Shown here: positions 17,884 through 27,363 of the stretch, in pieces
How the letters are laid out: the number at the start of each line of letters is the position of its first letter
How positions within the stretch are numbered: position 1 is the stretch's first letter
From: Elusimicrobiota bacterium
GTDB taxonomy: Bacteria; CG03; SLGR01; JAGXOG01
DNA: 28,564 nt
Direction: 5' to 3'
NCBI GenBank assembly: GCA_051745145.1
Contig: JBNJDT010000017.1
Span: 1 to 28,564 of the forward strand
Position numbers and translations under genes: made by a program
Notes under the pieces: generated by a model
Seen by the model: only the letters and a program-made list of their open reading frames with translations
The model's database searches: none
What the model was told of the DNA's origin: nothing

Positions 17884-18654
17884 TTATTTATCAAAATCCA
17901 TTGCCACTATTCTGCAAATACAGGATTCCAGTTCCATCGCTCTCCAGGGAAAAGCACCTATCCATATTCTCCTGTCGGAGACTTCGTCAATTTTTCCTCC
18001 CAGATTTTCGGCGTGAATAAGGCCCTCGGGAAAAAGTTTAAGGTGCATTACCTGATAGTAATCACTGTAGGGAAAGACCTCTTCCCAGGGTTTGCCCAGT
18101 TTTTCTTCGGCTTCCTTAAAAAGCTTGGGATGCCAGTCTTTGAGTATTGTATTCATAGGATGATCCGCGCTTCCGCAGTCAACGCCTATCCATTTGAGCT
18201 CTTTTTCCAGGGCCCACTTGTGGAAATCCGGTCCCGGTCCGGGATGTTTGACAAAATAACGGATTTCATCAGAATCTTTTTTATCCCAGGCGTATTTGTG
18301 ATAACCGGTATTAATTACAAGGATATCGCCTTTTTTAACATCCACTTTGCTTTCTATCATTTCCGGGGTGTACAGCGAATAATCGCTGACCTCATCGGAA
18401 ATATCGGCTATGGCACCTTCCCCGCAGAAATCTTCCAGAGGGGTTTCGCCGATAGTTCTTCCGGAGGCGTGAAAATGGATTTCTCCGTCCATATGGGTCC
18501 CCACATGGTTTGAAGTTTCAATAAGCTGTCCGTTGGCGCCCTGTCCCATATGGGCCCCCGCAAGTCTCTTAAAATACTGAATCCCCAAAGGCTTATAGCT
18601 GGGCCACGGGGGAGTGTGAATACTTAATTTTTGAGTTAAATCGTACATTTTCAT
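17884..18654 (-). CDS. Cyclase-family metal-dependent amidohydrolase (kynurenine formamidase/isatin hydrolase fold)
   Basis: HxGTHxDxxxH (NHVGTHMDGEIH), GDILVINTG, IGVD..S.D, H..L...G..HAENL; AAGGAG SD. Confidence 0.92.
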   Translation of the reverse strand: MKMYDLTQKLSIHTPPWPSYKPLGIQYFKRLAGAHMGQGANGQLIETSNHVGTHMDGEIHFHASGRTIGETPLEDFCGEGAIADISDEVSDYSLYTPEMIESKVDVKKGDILVINTGYHKYAWDKKDSDEIRYFVKHPGPGPDFHKWALEKELKWIGVDCGSADHPMNTILKDWHPKLFKEAEEKLGKPWEEVFPYSDYYQVMHLKLFPEGLIHAENLGGKIDEVSDRRIWIGAFPWRAMELESCICRIVAMDFDK

Positions 18655-18670
18655 AATAAAGTTTCTCCTT

Positions 18671-19921
18671 TTAAATATTTAATTTTGTATTAGTCTCTGT
18701 CTCTGCAATAACCTTACCTTGGGAAATTACAGATAACCTGTCTGCTTTTTTTCTAAAAGCTTCCTGCACTGTTTCGGCGTCCAGTAAATTTAAATTAGCC
18801 GTATTCCCTTCTGCAATACCGTAATCTTTCAGTCCCATAATCCGGGCGCTGTTAAAAGTAGGCATATCAAAAAGGGTCTCTATCTGGTCCGGCTGGGTAA
18901 ACTGAGCGGCGTGGGCTGTGATAAGTCCGACTTCCAGCATATCTTCCTGCCCCCAGGTAGGATAAAAGGTATCTTTAATGCAGTCCTGACCGTAGGCTAC
19001 ATTAATCCCGGCTTCTAAGAGCTGTTTAACACGGGTAATACCTCTTCTTTTGGGTTCCTGGTCCATCCGTCCCTGTAACATGAGATTCGTGGCCGGGTTG
19101 GTTATCATATTCATTTCTGCCCGGGCAACCATATCTATAACTTCAGCTGCATAGCTCTCATCGTAAGCGGCCAGGGCGCAGGTGTGCCCGGCAGTGACTC
19201 TGCCGTGAAAATCTTCCCGGATAGTTTTAGCGGCCAGATACTGTAAGGTCCGGGCTCCCGGGTCATCAGTCTCGTCTACGTGCATATCTATATCAGCATC
19301 AAATTTTTTGGCCAGTTTAAAACAGTAATCTATATGTTTTTTTGAATCTTCGTATGTAAGTTCGTTATAGGGCATCCCTCCGACAACATCGGCTCCGGTC
19401 TTCATAGCTTTTTTCATTAACTTTTCTGTCCCCGGATCTTTATAAATTCCTTCCTGGGGGAAAGCGACTATCTGAATGTCTGCTATATCTGCAAATTTTT
19501 CTTTAACTTCCACAAGCCCCTCTAAAGCGGTCAGCCCCACTATGGTGTCTATATCCACATTTGTTCTGAATTTAGTGGTCCCGTTTATCAGGCCCATTTT
19601 AAGTACCCGGGTGGCTCTGTTTACCACTTCTTCAACGGTGTAATCTTTCTTTTTGTTCCATATAATTTCGATTGCTTCGTTTAAAGTCCCTGATTTATTA
19701 TCTCTAACCTCTTCGGAAATCAGGGCCTTGTCCATGTGAAGATGGGGGTCAATAAAAGTGGGAGTAACCAGATTTCCGTCAGCTTCAATTACCGAATCAG
19801 CTTTTGCGGAAATTTCTTTGGAACTTGCGGGACTGATAACTTTTATCAGACCGCTGTCTATTCCTATATTAACCTTATACTGTTTATTTCTGAGCGCAGC
19901 GTTTTTAATTAAAATATCCAT
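18671..19921 (-). CDS. CodA-like cytosine/creatinine deaminase-family amidohydrolase
   Basis: FIDPHLHMDKA, QIVAFPQEG, VVGGMP, DMHVDETDD, TAGHTCAL, KRRGITRVK, AYGQDC.KD..YP. Confidence 0.9.
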   Translation of the reverse strand: MDILIKNAALRNKQYKVNIGIDSGLIKVISPASSKEISAKADSVIEADGNLVTPTFIDPHLHMDKALISEEVRDNKSGTLNEAIEIIWNKKKDYTVEEVVNRATRVLKMGLINGTTKFRTNVDIDTIVGLTALEGLVEVKEKFADIADIQIVAFPQEGIYKDPGTEKLMKKAMKTGADVVGGMPYNELTYEDSKKHIDYCFKLAKKFDADIDMHVDETDDPGARTLQYLAAKTIREDFHGRVTAGHTCALAAYDESYAAEVIDMVARAEMNMITNPATNLMLQGRMDQEPKRRGITRVKQLLEAGINVAYGQDCIKDTFYPTWGQEDMLEVGLITAHAAQFTQPDQIETLFDMPTFNSARIMGLKDYGIAEGNTANLNLLDAETVQEAFRKKADRLSVISQGKVIAETETNTKLNI

Positions 19922-19923
19922 GA

Positions 19924-21312
19924 TTAATTTAATTCCATATTTTCTAAAGCTTCTTCAAAACAGCTCATAGGAGCCCGCAATATTCCGGCCCCTACCTGTC
20001 CTATGCCCGGTTCCTTGTGGGCAATACCCGTATTGATAAACGGCGGGATACCCGATTCGACAACTTTGAGTATGTCCATCCCTGTGGGAGTCCCCATAAA
20101 ATTCATCTGAGGTATCTGAAATCGGGTGCTGGGCCCGTAAGTTATATTAGTCATTTCCCGGGTATATCTTATGGCATCCGCCGGTGTCCCCCCCACAAAT
20201 TTTACTATTGCCGGGGCAGCGGCCATGGCAAACCCTCCTATACCGGCTACCTCGCTTATAGTAGAATCCCCCATGTCCGGGTTGGCATCTTCCTGAGAAT
20301 ATCCCGAAAAGAATAACCCCTTGGGAATTCCTGCCGGAGCCGTAAACCACTTACTTCCGCATCCGGCAACTCTAATACCCAGTTCCGTACCGTTTCTGGC
20401 CATTGCCGTTACAATAGTGGAGTTTTCCACCTCGGCCACCGCATCGGCAGTAGCTTTACATGCGGCCATAGAAAGGTTGAGGTAAAAGTGGGGATTATCC
20501 CCTATAAACTCGGTTAATTCTAAAATATCACCCGTATTGTCAAAAACTTTTAAAAATAGATTGGTAAGTTTCTTTAAAAGCATATCCGTAGCCGCTTCGT
20601 TGCGGTTGTGACATTCATCACCCCGCTGCAAAGCCTGGGATGTTATACTGGCTACGTTAATACCTTCTTCGGAAGCATCCAATGCTTTTTGGAGTGCCGG
20701 TCCGAGTTCCTGCTCCATCCATTTTAGTCTTTTGGTGACATCATCTCCGTAAGCTCCGAATCTTAAAACCTTGCCCAGCCCCTCATTTAAAGAGCAGTAG
20801 GCTGTATTACCGTAAGTCTGGTTTTCAACTACCCATACGTACATGGAAGGGCTTAAGACTCCGGTCATGGGACCTACTGCGTTGTGATGGTGGCAGGGAG
20901 AAAATTCTATTTCTCCGGAAGCACACATTTTTTCAGCCTCTTCAATACTGTCCGCCCATCCTTCGTATACACAGGCCCCCATGGCCGCTCCCCTTACGGG
21001 TCCACACATGTTCTCCCAGTCTACTGGCGGGGCGGCGTGGTATAAAACCCGGGGTTTTAATTCCGGAATAACATCTTTAGCCTGCTTTACTCCGGTGAGT
21101 ACCGGCTGAGAATTGTTTAATCTGTTGAAAGCTTCTTCGTTGGCTTTTTGCACTTTCGGAGAAGCTTTTAGAGTATCTATCTTATTTAAAAGCTCCGGGC
21201 TGACAGTGGGAGGCTTCCAGTCCAGATTGATATAATCTGTCTGGGTCTCTTCAAAAGCCTGATTAAATCTATCTAAACCTATATTTAAAACCTTGAGTTT
21301 GTCGTTGTGCAT
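19924..21312 (-). CDS. DUF1116 protein (YlbE/AllG/YahG family)
   Basis: HAAPP..W..MCGP..GA..GA..YEGWA, PCHHHNAVGPM.G..SPSM, LNEGLGKVLRFGAY, GDECHNRN, MARNG...GIRV, DMGDS.I.E..G.GGF, PFINTGIAHKEPG.GQVGAG. Confidence 0.92.
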   Translation of the reverse strand: MHNDKLKVLNIGLDRFNQAFEETQTDYINLDWKPPTVSPELLNKIDTLKASPKVQKANEEAFNRLNNSQPVLTGVKQAKDVIPELKPRVLYHAAPPVDWENMCGPVRGAAMGACVYEGWADSIEEAEKMCASGEIEFSPCHHHNAVGPMTGVLSPSMYVWVVENQTYGNTAYCSLNEGLGKVLRFGAYGDDVTKRLKWMEQELGPALQKALDASEEGINVASITSQALQRGDECHNRNEAATDMLLKKLTNLFLKVFDNTGDILELTEFIGDNPHFYLNLSMAACKATADAVAEVENSTIVTAMARNGTELGIRVAGCGSKWFTAPAGIPKGLFFSGYSQEDANPDMGDSTISEVAGIGGFAMAAAPAIVKFVGGTPADAIRYTREMTNITYGPSTRFQIPQMNFMGTPTGMDILKVVESGIPPFINTGIAHKEPGIGQVGAGILRAPMSCFEEALENMELN

Positions 21313-21314
21313 AA

Positions 21315-22841
21315 TTAGTTTACCTCGTTTATAATTCTTGCCGTAAATTTTGCCGCCTGGGCGTTAGTGGGAAGTACAATTACTCCGTTATCCCGTAAAA
21401 TTTTAACCTGTTTTGAAAAATTCTGAGGATCCATATCTGTACCGCAGACGCTGGCGACCATTACCTTTTTTCCGGAAATTTCCCCCAAAGTTTCCGCCAT
21501 ATCCCCGGCAGGGTCGGGATTGGCCGCGTAACCTAATACCAGATCAAAGAGAATAACTGCCACATCCTCATCTTTACTTTCCTGCAGCAGCCTTTTGTTT
21601 CTTAAACTTAAATCGATCATGGGATGGGGACGGCCTTTTGTAAATTCATCTTCCCCCAGATCCACCAGCGTATGTTCGGTGCTGGAGAAAGGGTCCTCTA
21701 AAGTGAAATTTTCTTCTACCCCCGCGTTGGAGTAGATATCCAATCCGGACCGGTTTAAGATATCGATAGCTTCATCGCATAGAGTGCCCCCGGCGTACAG
21801 ACCCCGGATAAATTTTTGCTGGGGACCGACTTTAGCTGCGGCTTCCTTAAGCAGGCTATCTACGTTGTCCGCTGTATATTCGGGGAGATTAATTTCTTCA
21901 CCTCCAGCAAGCTGGGAGGCCGCTATGCCGGCTCCCTCTATTGTGGAAGTAAAATTGAGATTATTCTTAGATTTGTATTCAGAAGCGCCCAGAAAACAGA
22001 CCACAAATGGTTTGTTGATTTTCTGAGCTTTTTCTAAAATTTTCTCTGCAATATCAGGGTGGGGGGGTTTAGAGAGAAGGAGAATAATTTCAGTATCCGG
22101 ATCGTCTTTGAGAATATCCAGGCCCTTTAACATGGAAATTCCGCCCACTTCTTTGGAAAGGTCCCGTCCGCCGGTACCTATTGCCTGGGTAATTCCCGCT
22201 CCCTGTTTTGCTATAGTTACCGTTACTTCCTGAAGCCCGGAGCCGGAAGCAGCTACAATTCCAATATTCCCTTCGGGAATTCTGTTGGCAAAGCCCAAAG
22301 GTACGCCGTTTATTATAGCGGTGCCGCAATCCGGGCCCATTAATAAAAGGTCTTTTTTGGAAGCATATTCTTTGAGTTTTATCTCATTTTCCAAAGAGAC
22401 ATTATCCGAGAATATCATTACATCGAGATTGTTATCCAGAGCTTTTTTAGCCTCCCTGGCCGCGTATTCCCCGGGAACGGAAATGAGGGCCATATTAATA
22501 TCTTTCATTTTTTTAAGCGCCGCTTCCTGGGTCGGAGGATCAATATCCTTTTCATCAGTATCTTCATCGGTCTCAAAGGCATTTTCTATATCTTCTAAAG
22601 TGTTATTGATAGTTTCTTTATCCTGGGCGTCTATAGCTATAATAAGATCATTTTCACTTGCTTTTTTACCTTCCGGAGTGAGTAGATCTGATTCTTCCAG
22701 TATTTTCTTATTAGCCGGGGTCCCCATCATAAGGGAAGTTGAGTTTATGCCCTCTTTCTTTTCCAGATTCCCAGCTATTTCCATCAAAAAAACCGAGTCC
22801 TTATAATTGTTTTTCTTTACTATATTTTTTTTAGTGCCCAT
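21315..22841 (-). CDS. fdrA: FdrA/AllF/YahF acyl-CoA-synthetase (SucD)-like protein
   Basis: YKDSVFLM, MMGTPANK, ALISVPGEYAA, FSDNVS, MGPDCGTA, IVAASGSGLQE, IGTGGRDLS..VGG, GLYAGGTLC.EA, DLGEDEFT.GRPHPMID, DLVLGY...PDPA. Confidence 0.94.
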   Translation of the reverse strand: MGTKKNIVKKNNYKDSVFLMEIAGNLEKKEGINSTSLMMGTPANKKILEESDLLTPEGKKASENDLIIAIDAQDKETINNTLEDIENAFETDEDTDEKDIDPPTQEAALKKMKDINMALISVPGEYAAREAKKALDNNLDVMIFSDNVSLENEIKLKEYASKKDLLLMGPDCGTAIINGVPLGFANRIPEGNIGIVAASGSGLQEVTVTIAKQGAGITQAIGTGGRDLSKEVGGISMLKGLDILKDDPDTEIILLLSKPPHPDIAEKILEKAQKINKPFVVCFLGASEYKSKNNLNFTSTIEGAGIAASQLAGGEEINLPEYTADNVDSLLKEAAAKVGPQQKFIRGLYAGGTLCDEAIDILNRSGLDIYSNAGVEENFTLEDPFSSTEHTLVDLGEDEFTKGRPHPMIDLSLRNKRLLQESKDEDVAVILFDLVLGYAANPDPAGDMAETLGEISGKKVMVASVCGTDMDPQNFSKQVKILRDNGVIVLPTNAQAAKFTARIINEVN

Positions 22842-23524
22842 AAAATCCCCTTTACTGTATAATATCCGCTACTTTGGCCATAATTTAAAATACTCTGTAT
22901 ATGTTTTTCAACCTCATTAATTTCTTTTTGTTCCAGTGATAAAAATAAATTTATAAAATCTTCGCTGTATCTTTTATTAAGAGCCAACTTTAAAAAATGC
23001 CGGCTCAAAGAAGTAGTATTAGTCAGTGCTTTTGTAATTTGGCTCTCTATGTCTTTAAATAAGTCATTGCAGATAAAAGCACCTGTCCCCAGAGCTCCTA
23101 TTGTAAAATCATCGCCAGCCGGTGTCAAGCCTTTTCCGGCCCCTATTAATTTTTTAAAATCCGGGGTTTTAAGGTATAAAGGCGAATCTTTTTTATGAAA
23201 AGTAAATGCACTGTTTTCAATGACATTTACCGCAAAACCAGTAGAAATTTTTAAAATATTTCTGACTTTTGAATTCCAGGTTTTCGCCATGTGGAAGTCG
23301 AATTTAATGTTGCCGGAACGAAAATTCATTTTTTTGAAATTATTTTCAGTTAAATTTAAATTTACAGAACCCGGAACCGGTTTTCTGTCTCCGGTTAATA
23401 AAGATATAAAACCTGATTTTGTTTTTATAAGACAGGCTGTATTGTATTTTTCAATGAAACTAAAGTTATTTAAGTTTTTTAAACTGAGATTACAGTCGTA
23501 TTTTGTTACTTGTAATGTTACCAT
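22820..23524 (-). CDS. DUF2877 protein (YlbF/AllH/YahE family)
   Basis: LIGAGKGLTPAGDDF..G, TTSLS..FL..A, YGQSSG....GI; adjacent to fdrA and DUF1116. Confidence 0.85.
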   Translation of the reverse strand: MVTLQVTKYDCNLSLKNLNNFSFIEKYNTACLIKTKSGFISLLTGDRKPVPGSVNLNLTENNFKKMNFRSGNIKFDFHMAKTWNSKVRNILKISTGFAVNVIENSAFTFHKKDSPLYLKTPDFKKLIGAGKGLTPAGDDFTIGALGTGAFICNDLFKDIESQITKALTNTTSLSRHFLKLALNKRYSEDFINLFLSLEQKEINEVEKHIQSILNYGQSSGYYTVKGILWALKKI

Positions 23525-23556
23525 GAATTTGTTTTTAAATGTTGAAATAAAAAATA

Positions 23557-23585
23557 ATTATATAAAATACTTATGTTAAATACAA
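23557..23585 (-). promoter_or_regulatory. Sigma70-type promoter of the DUF2877-fdrA operon
   Basis: On the - strand: TTGTAT (23585-23580), 17-nt spacer, TATAAT (23562-23557), 32 nt before the ATG at 23524. Confidence 0.6.
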
Positions 23586-23610
23586 ATGGTTTTGAGATTT
23601 CATATAAAGA

Positions 23611-23638
23611 TTGAATTTTAATAAAAAAGTTTTAAAAT
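23611..23638 (+). promoter_or_regulatory. Possible divergent promoter for the 23734 gene cluster
   Basis: TTGAAT 23611-23616, 16 nt, TAAAAT 23633-23638. The region is very AT-rich, so this is weak. Confidence 0.35.
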
Positions 23639-23733
23639 TAAAGAACCGCAGTGGAGCAAGAGTTAATTACCTTAAAACAGGTTAATGTATTTATTATCTT
23701 TAAGCTTAAAAATTTAATAAGGAGATTTATAAA

Positions 23734-24333
23734 ATGGCCAAAGAAGAAAATTTAGAAAACAAAAACGGCACTGAAAAGAAAAAGAGCAGTAAAAGTTGTT
23801 TGATAGGCTGCCTGGGAACCGGGTTGCTGTTAATAGTCCTAATTACGGGTACGGGTTTTTGGGTTTACTCCAACAGGGGAGAAATTTTAACAAAAGTATC
23901 AACGAAAATGGGTACAGAGACCCTGCCTTTTTTAGTGACAAAACTGGGTTCTGAAGTAGAATCCCCTATTTCAAAAGAGCATATTAATAGTACTTACCAG
24001 TTTAGCTTACCTGAAGGACAGGGCACTATAAAAGTTTCTGATTCTTCAAATTCAGTTGAAGCGACAGATGAGGAATTTGTAAAATATTTTAGTGAAGAAA
24101 ATTGGCAGGTGGATAAGATTGATTTTCAAAAAGGGGACTGGGAGAATATCCAGCAGAACAGCGAGGTACCTGAGCATATTAAAAATTTTGTAGAGCAGAC
24201 TTTAGAAAAGTCCGGAAATTTCTATGTATTAGAAAAAGACGGGGAAGAGAGAGTAATGGCTGTAATGCAAAAAAGCGGCGGGTCCTACGTAGTTATTGCC
24301 GAAGATATTAAAAATATTGAGCTGCCCGAATAA
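23734..24333 (+). CDS. Hypothetical single-pass membrane protein
   Basis: AAGGAG SD. Basic N-terminus, then CLIGCLG plus a hydrophobic helix, then an acidic soluble domain. No family recognised. Confidence 0.8.
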   Translation: MAKEENLENKNGTEKKKSSKSCLIGCLGTGLLLIVLITGTGFWVYSNRGEILTKVSTKMGTETLPFLVTKLGSEVESPISKEHINSTYQFSLPEGQGTIKVSDSSNSVEATDEEFVKYFSEENWQVDKIDFQKGDWENIQQNSEVPEHIKNFVEQTLEKSGNFYVLEKDGEERVMAVMQKSGGSYVVIAEDIKNIELPE

Positions 24334-24354
24334 AATCTGTCCTAATATATATAA

Positions 24355-25371
24355 ATGAATAAAAAAAATACGATGTTTAAATCTCTTTTGGGGGGAATTA
24401 TATTTTTTAGCCTGCCGGTATTGCCTTCCGGATGTAAATCTACAGCTACTCCCCCGCAGTCGCTAAATGTTTCGGAAAAAGCGGCGAAGGTATCCGAAGA
24501 AAAGGTTATAGAAAAATCTGATTATGAACCCGAATTGACTTTCGAGCCGGTTCACCCGGTTCAGGGGAATTTTACTATATTAAAAGTAGGACCTTTGCCG
24601 AATTTGCCGGAAATTAAAGTTGAAACAGAATTGCCATCGGATATATCTTTGCCTTTTTGGTATCAAAAACATGCATATATCTTTCTGGGAACCAGTTACC
24701 GTAGCGAACCCGGAGAATATGAGGTTAAAGTTTTTTTGGAAAATCTTAAACCGGAGAATTTACAGCTATCAACCCGATTGAAAATAACTCCCGAAAATTT
24801 TCCGGTCTCCAGATTTTCCATGCCCCCTTCCCGAACAAGTGGGTGGACGGACAAAAAACTTCTTGAGGCCCGGAAAAAAGTAACGGCTGCCAGGAATAAG
24901 ACTGTAACATATCCTCTATGGACTGAAGCATTTATCTGGCCTTTAAAAGGACGTATAAGTTCTGAATTCGGGGCCCTTCGCATAATTAACGGTAATAATA
25001 ATTACCATGGCGGAATTGATATAGCCGAGCCCGGGGGCACACCTGTAAAAGCTACTAATGCCGGGATTGTACGGCTGTCAGATAATTTACCGGCCCAGGG
25101 TAGAGTCGTGATTTTGGACCACGGACTGGATATCTCAAGTAGTTACCTGCATTTAAATACAATTAAGGTGAAAGAGAATCAGAAAGTAGAGGCGGGAGAA
25201 ATAATTGGCACCGTGGGAATGACCGGTTATGCTACCGGCAATCACCTGCACTGGTCAATGCATATAGGCTATATGCCGGTGAATCCCGAGCAGTTTGTAC
25301 AGAGAGATTTAAAAACTCCGTTTAGTTTGCCAGAGGAAAAAGTGGATATGGCTCCGGCAGCTGCCCAGTAG
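24355..25371 (+). CDS. M23-family zinc metallopeptidase, probable lipoprotein
   Basis: Lipobox-like LPSGC; WPLKGRISSEFG, HGGIDIA, DHG....S.YLHL, G.VGMTGYATGNHLHW. Confidence 0.9.
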   Translation: MNKKNTMFKSLLGGIIFFSLPVLPSGCKSTATPPQSLNVSEKAAKVSEEKVIEKSDYEPELTFEPVHPVQGNFTILKVGPLPNLPEIKVETELPSDISLPFWYQKHAYIFLGTSYRSEPGEYEVKVFLENLKPENLQLSTRLKITPENFPVSRFSMPPSRTSGWTDKKLLEARKKVTAARNKTVTYPLWTEAFIWPLKGRISSEFGALRIINGNNNYHGGIDIAEPGGTPVKATNAGIVRLSDNLPAQGRVVILDHGLDISSSYLHLNTIKVKENQKVEAGEIIGTVGMTGYATGNHLHWSMHIGYMPVNPEQFVQRDLKTPFSLPEEKVDMAPAAAQ

Positions 25372-25377
25372 AAAAAT

Positions 25378-27363
25378 ATGCAAAAAAAAATTAAAGATTA
25401 TATAGAATATAAAGAAAAATTCCGGAAATTAGTTGAACTGGAACGAAAAGAAGAGATGAAATTTCACAAAAAAGAGATGGAACAACTTTCCCCCGGACAA
25501 AGAGAGGCTAAGGGAAGAGCACTGCTGGATATGAAAGGGAAATCTCAGGGCAGGGCTTTAGAAGGATTCATGATCAAATTTTCCCGCGGCGAAAAATTGC
25601 CCGGCACCGAAATTGGAGCCGGGGATTTAATTATGGCCAGTAAAAAAGATCCTTTAAATCCGGATAATCCCACGGGAACGGTGTGTGAAATGACTAACTA
25701 TTCTGTCACCGTAGCTTTTAACGATCGACCGCCGGAATTTGTTACGGGGCGGGGGGTAAGACTTGATTTATATGTAAATGACATTACTTTTCAAAGAATG
25801 CTTGAAGCAATAAGTTCTTTACAGAATAAAGAAAAATGGAAAAAGATACTTTTAGGGAAAACTGCTTTGGCTTTAAATTCACTGCCGGAAATCACTAAAA
25901 TAAAAGATAAAAAACTCAATAAGTATCAGCTCCGGGCAGTTAAAAAATCAATGGCCGCAAAAGATTTATTTCTCATACACGGTCCCCCGGGAACCGGAAA
26001 AACCACTACCCTTATTGAAATTATCCGGCAGCATGTTAAAAAGGGCAATAAAGTTTTGGCGTCGGCCGCTTCCAATGTGGCTGTGGATAATTTAGTGGAA
26101 TTTTTAGATAAAAGAGGAATAAAAGCAGTTAGGATAGGACACCCGGCAAGGGTAACGGAAAGTTTAAAGAAACATACGTTGGATTACCGGGTGGGTAAAA
26201 GGCAAAAATACAGAAAAGCTCAAAAAATACGGGAAAGGGTATATAAGTTAAAGGATAAGCAGAAGAAGAAAACTTTTCCCTCCGGAAAATGGAGGAGAGG
26301 ACTTAGTAATGAAGCTATAAGGGAATTAGCTGAAAAAGGCACCGGCAAGCGGGGGATTTCCCCGGATAAAATGAAAAGTATGTCGGCCTGGTTAAAAATT
26401 CAAGATAAAATTAACGGTAAAATGGATAAAGTTACTGACCTTGAAGATGAGGCGATAGAAGAAGTAATATCTACTGCCCGGGTGGTCTGCTCTACAAATT
26501 CTACTGCCGGCAGCCGGCGGATGTCCGGCCGGGATTTTGATGTTTGCCTGATAGATGAGGCTACTCAGGCTACGGAGCCGGCCACCTTGATTCCACTTTT
26601 ACATGCCCCTAAAGTAATAATGGCCGGTGATTCCAAACAGTTACCCCCGACTATCTTAAATCAAAAGGCTAAAGAAGGGGGTTTGGAAAAAACTATGTTT
26701 GAAAGATTAGCTCAGCTGTATCCGGAAAATATAAAACAGCTATTGGGCATTCAGTATCGAATGAACAGGGAGATCATGGAATTTTCCAATAAAAAATTTT
26801 ACGGCGGCAGGTTGAAAGCGGATTCTAGAGTGGCCGGTCATGTCCTAAAAAAGATTAAAGATACCGATCATTTACTTCAAAAAATTTGCACCCCCGAAAA
26901 ACCGGTCATCTTTATTGATTTACCGGGAAAAAGCAGAGAAATAATACCTCCCGGGTCAACTTCCAAAATGAATAAAAAAGAGGCCCGGTATATATATAAA
27001 ATTATTAAGTATTTAACAGATTCCGGGTTTAAAACTGAAAATATAGGGGTTATTTCCCCGTATGATGCCCAGATTGATTTATTGACAGGAAAAAACCCAA
27101 AAAATGATCTGGAAATTAGTACAGTTGACGGTTTTCAGGGGAGGGAGAAAAAAATTATTATTTTGAGTCTGGTCCGGTCAAATAAGCGGGGGAACCTCGG
27201 CTTTTTAACAGATATGAGGAGGTTGAATGTTTCATTGACCCGGGCCCGGAAAAAATTAATTATTTTAGGGGACAGTACTACGTTATCCAAAGATAAAAAT
27301 TACCGGGATCTTATAGAATACGTAAAGAGAAAATCCGGATATATTAAAATTTCCGAGGATTAA
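25378..27363 (+). CDS. SF1 Upf1/IGHMBP2-like DNA/RNA helicase
   Basis: IHGPPGTGKT, ASNVAVDNL, RIGHPAR, IDEATQATEP, AGDSKQLPP, QYRMN, ISPYDAQ, TVDGFQGREK, RRLNVSLTRAR. Confidence 0.94.
   Translation: MQKKIKDYIEYKEKFRKLVELERKEEMKFHKKEMEQLSPGQREAKGRALLDMKGKSQGRALEGFMIKFSRGEKLPGTEIGAGDLIMASKKDPLNPDNPTGTVCEMTNYSVTVAFNDRPPEFVTGRGVRLDLYVNDITFQRMLEAISSLQNKEKWKKILLGKTALALNSLPEITKIKDKKLNKYQLRAVKKSMAAKDLFLIHGPPGTGKTTTLIEIIRQHVKKGNKVLASAASNVAVDNLVEFLDKRGIKAVRIGHPARVTESLKKHTLDYRVGKRQKYRKAQKIRERVYKLKDKQKKKTFPSGKWRRGLSNEAIRELAEKGTGKRGISPDKMKSMSAWLKIQDKINGKMDKVTDLEDEAIEEVISTARVVCSTNSTAGSRRMSGRDFDVCLIDEATQATEPATLIPLLHAPKVIMAGDSKQLPPTILNQKAKEGGLEKTMFERLAQLYPENIKQLLGIQYRMNREIMEFSNKKFYGGRLKADSRVAGHVLKKIKDTDHLLQKICTPEKPVIFIDLPGKSREIIPPGSTSKMNKKEARYIYKIIKYLTDSGFKTENIGVISPYDAQIDLLTGKNPKNDLEISTVDGFQGREKKIIILSLVRSNKRGNLGFLTDMRRLNVSLTRARKKLIILGDSTTLSKDKNYRDLIEYVKRKSGYIKISED

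Noticed and set aside
19924..23524. Calling the operon a standard allantoin-utilisation (all) locus
   Set aside because: No allantoinase, allantoate amidohydrolase, ureidoglycolate dehydrogenase or carbamate kinase is in the window, and the gene order matches yahEFG rather than allFGH.
23640..23733. Possible riboswitch or leader RNA upstream of the 23734 gene
   Set aside because: Only a weak imperfect hairpin is present and no known riboswitch consensus was recognised. An Rfam scan would settle it.
516..24983. Numerous antisense or alternate-frame ORFs (e.g. 2958-3419, 8548-8955, 18013-18513, 22285-22806, 23220-23579, 24696-24983)
   Set aside because: They lie within well-supported genes and have no motifs of their own, as expected for shadow ORFs.
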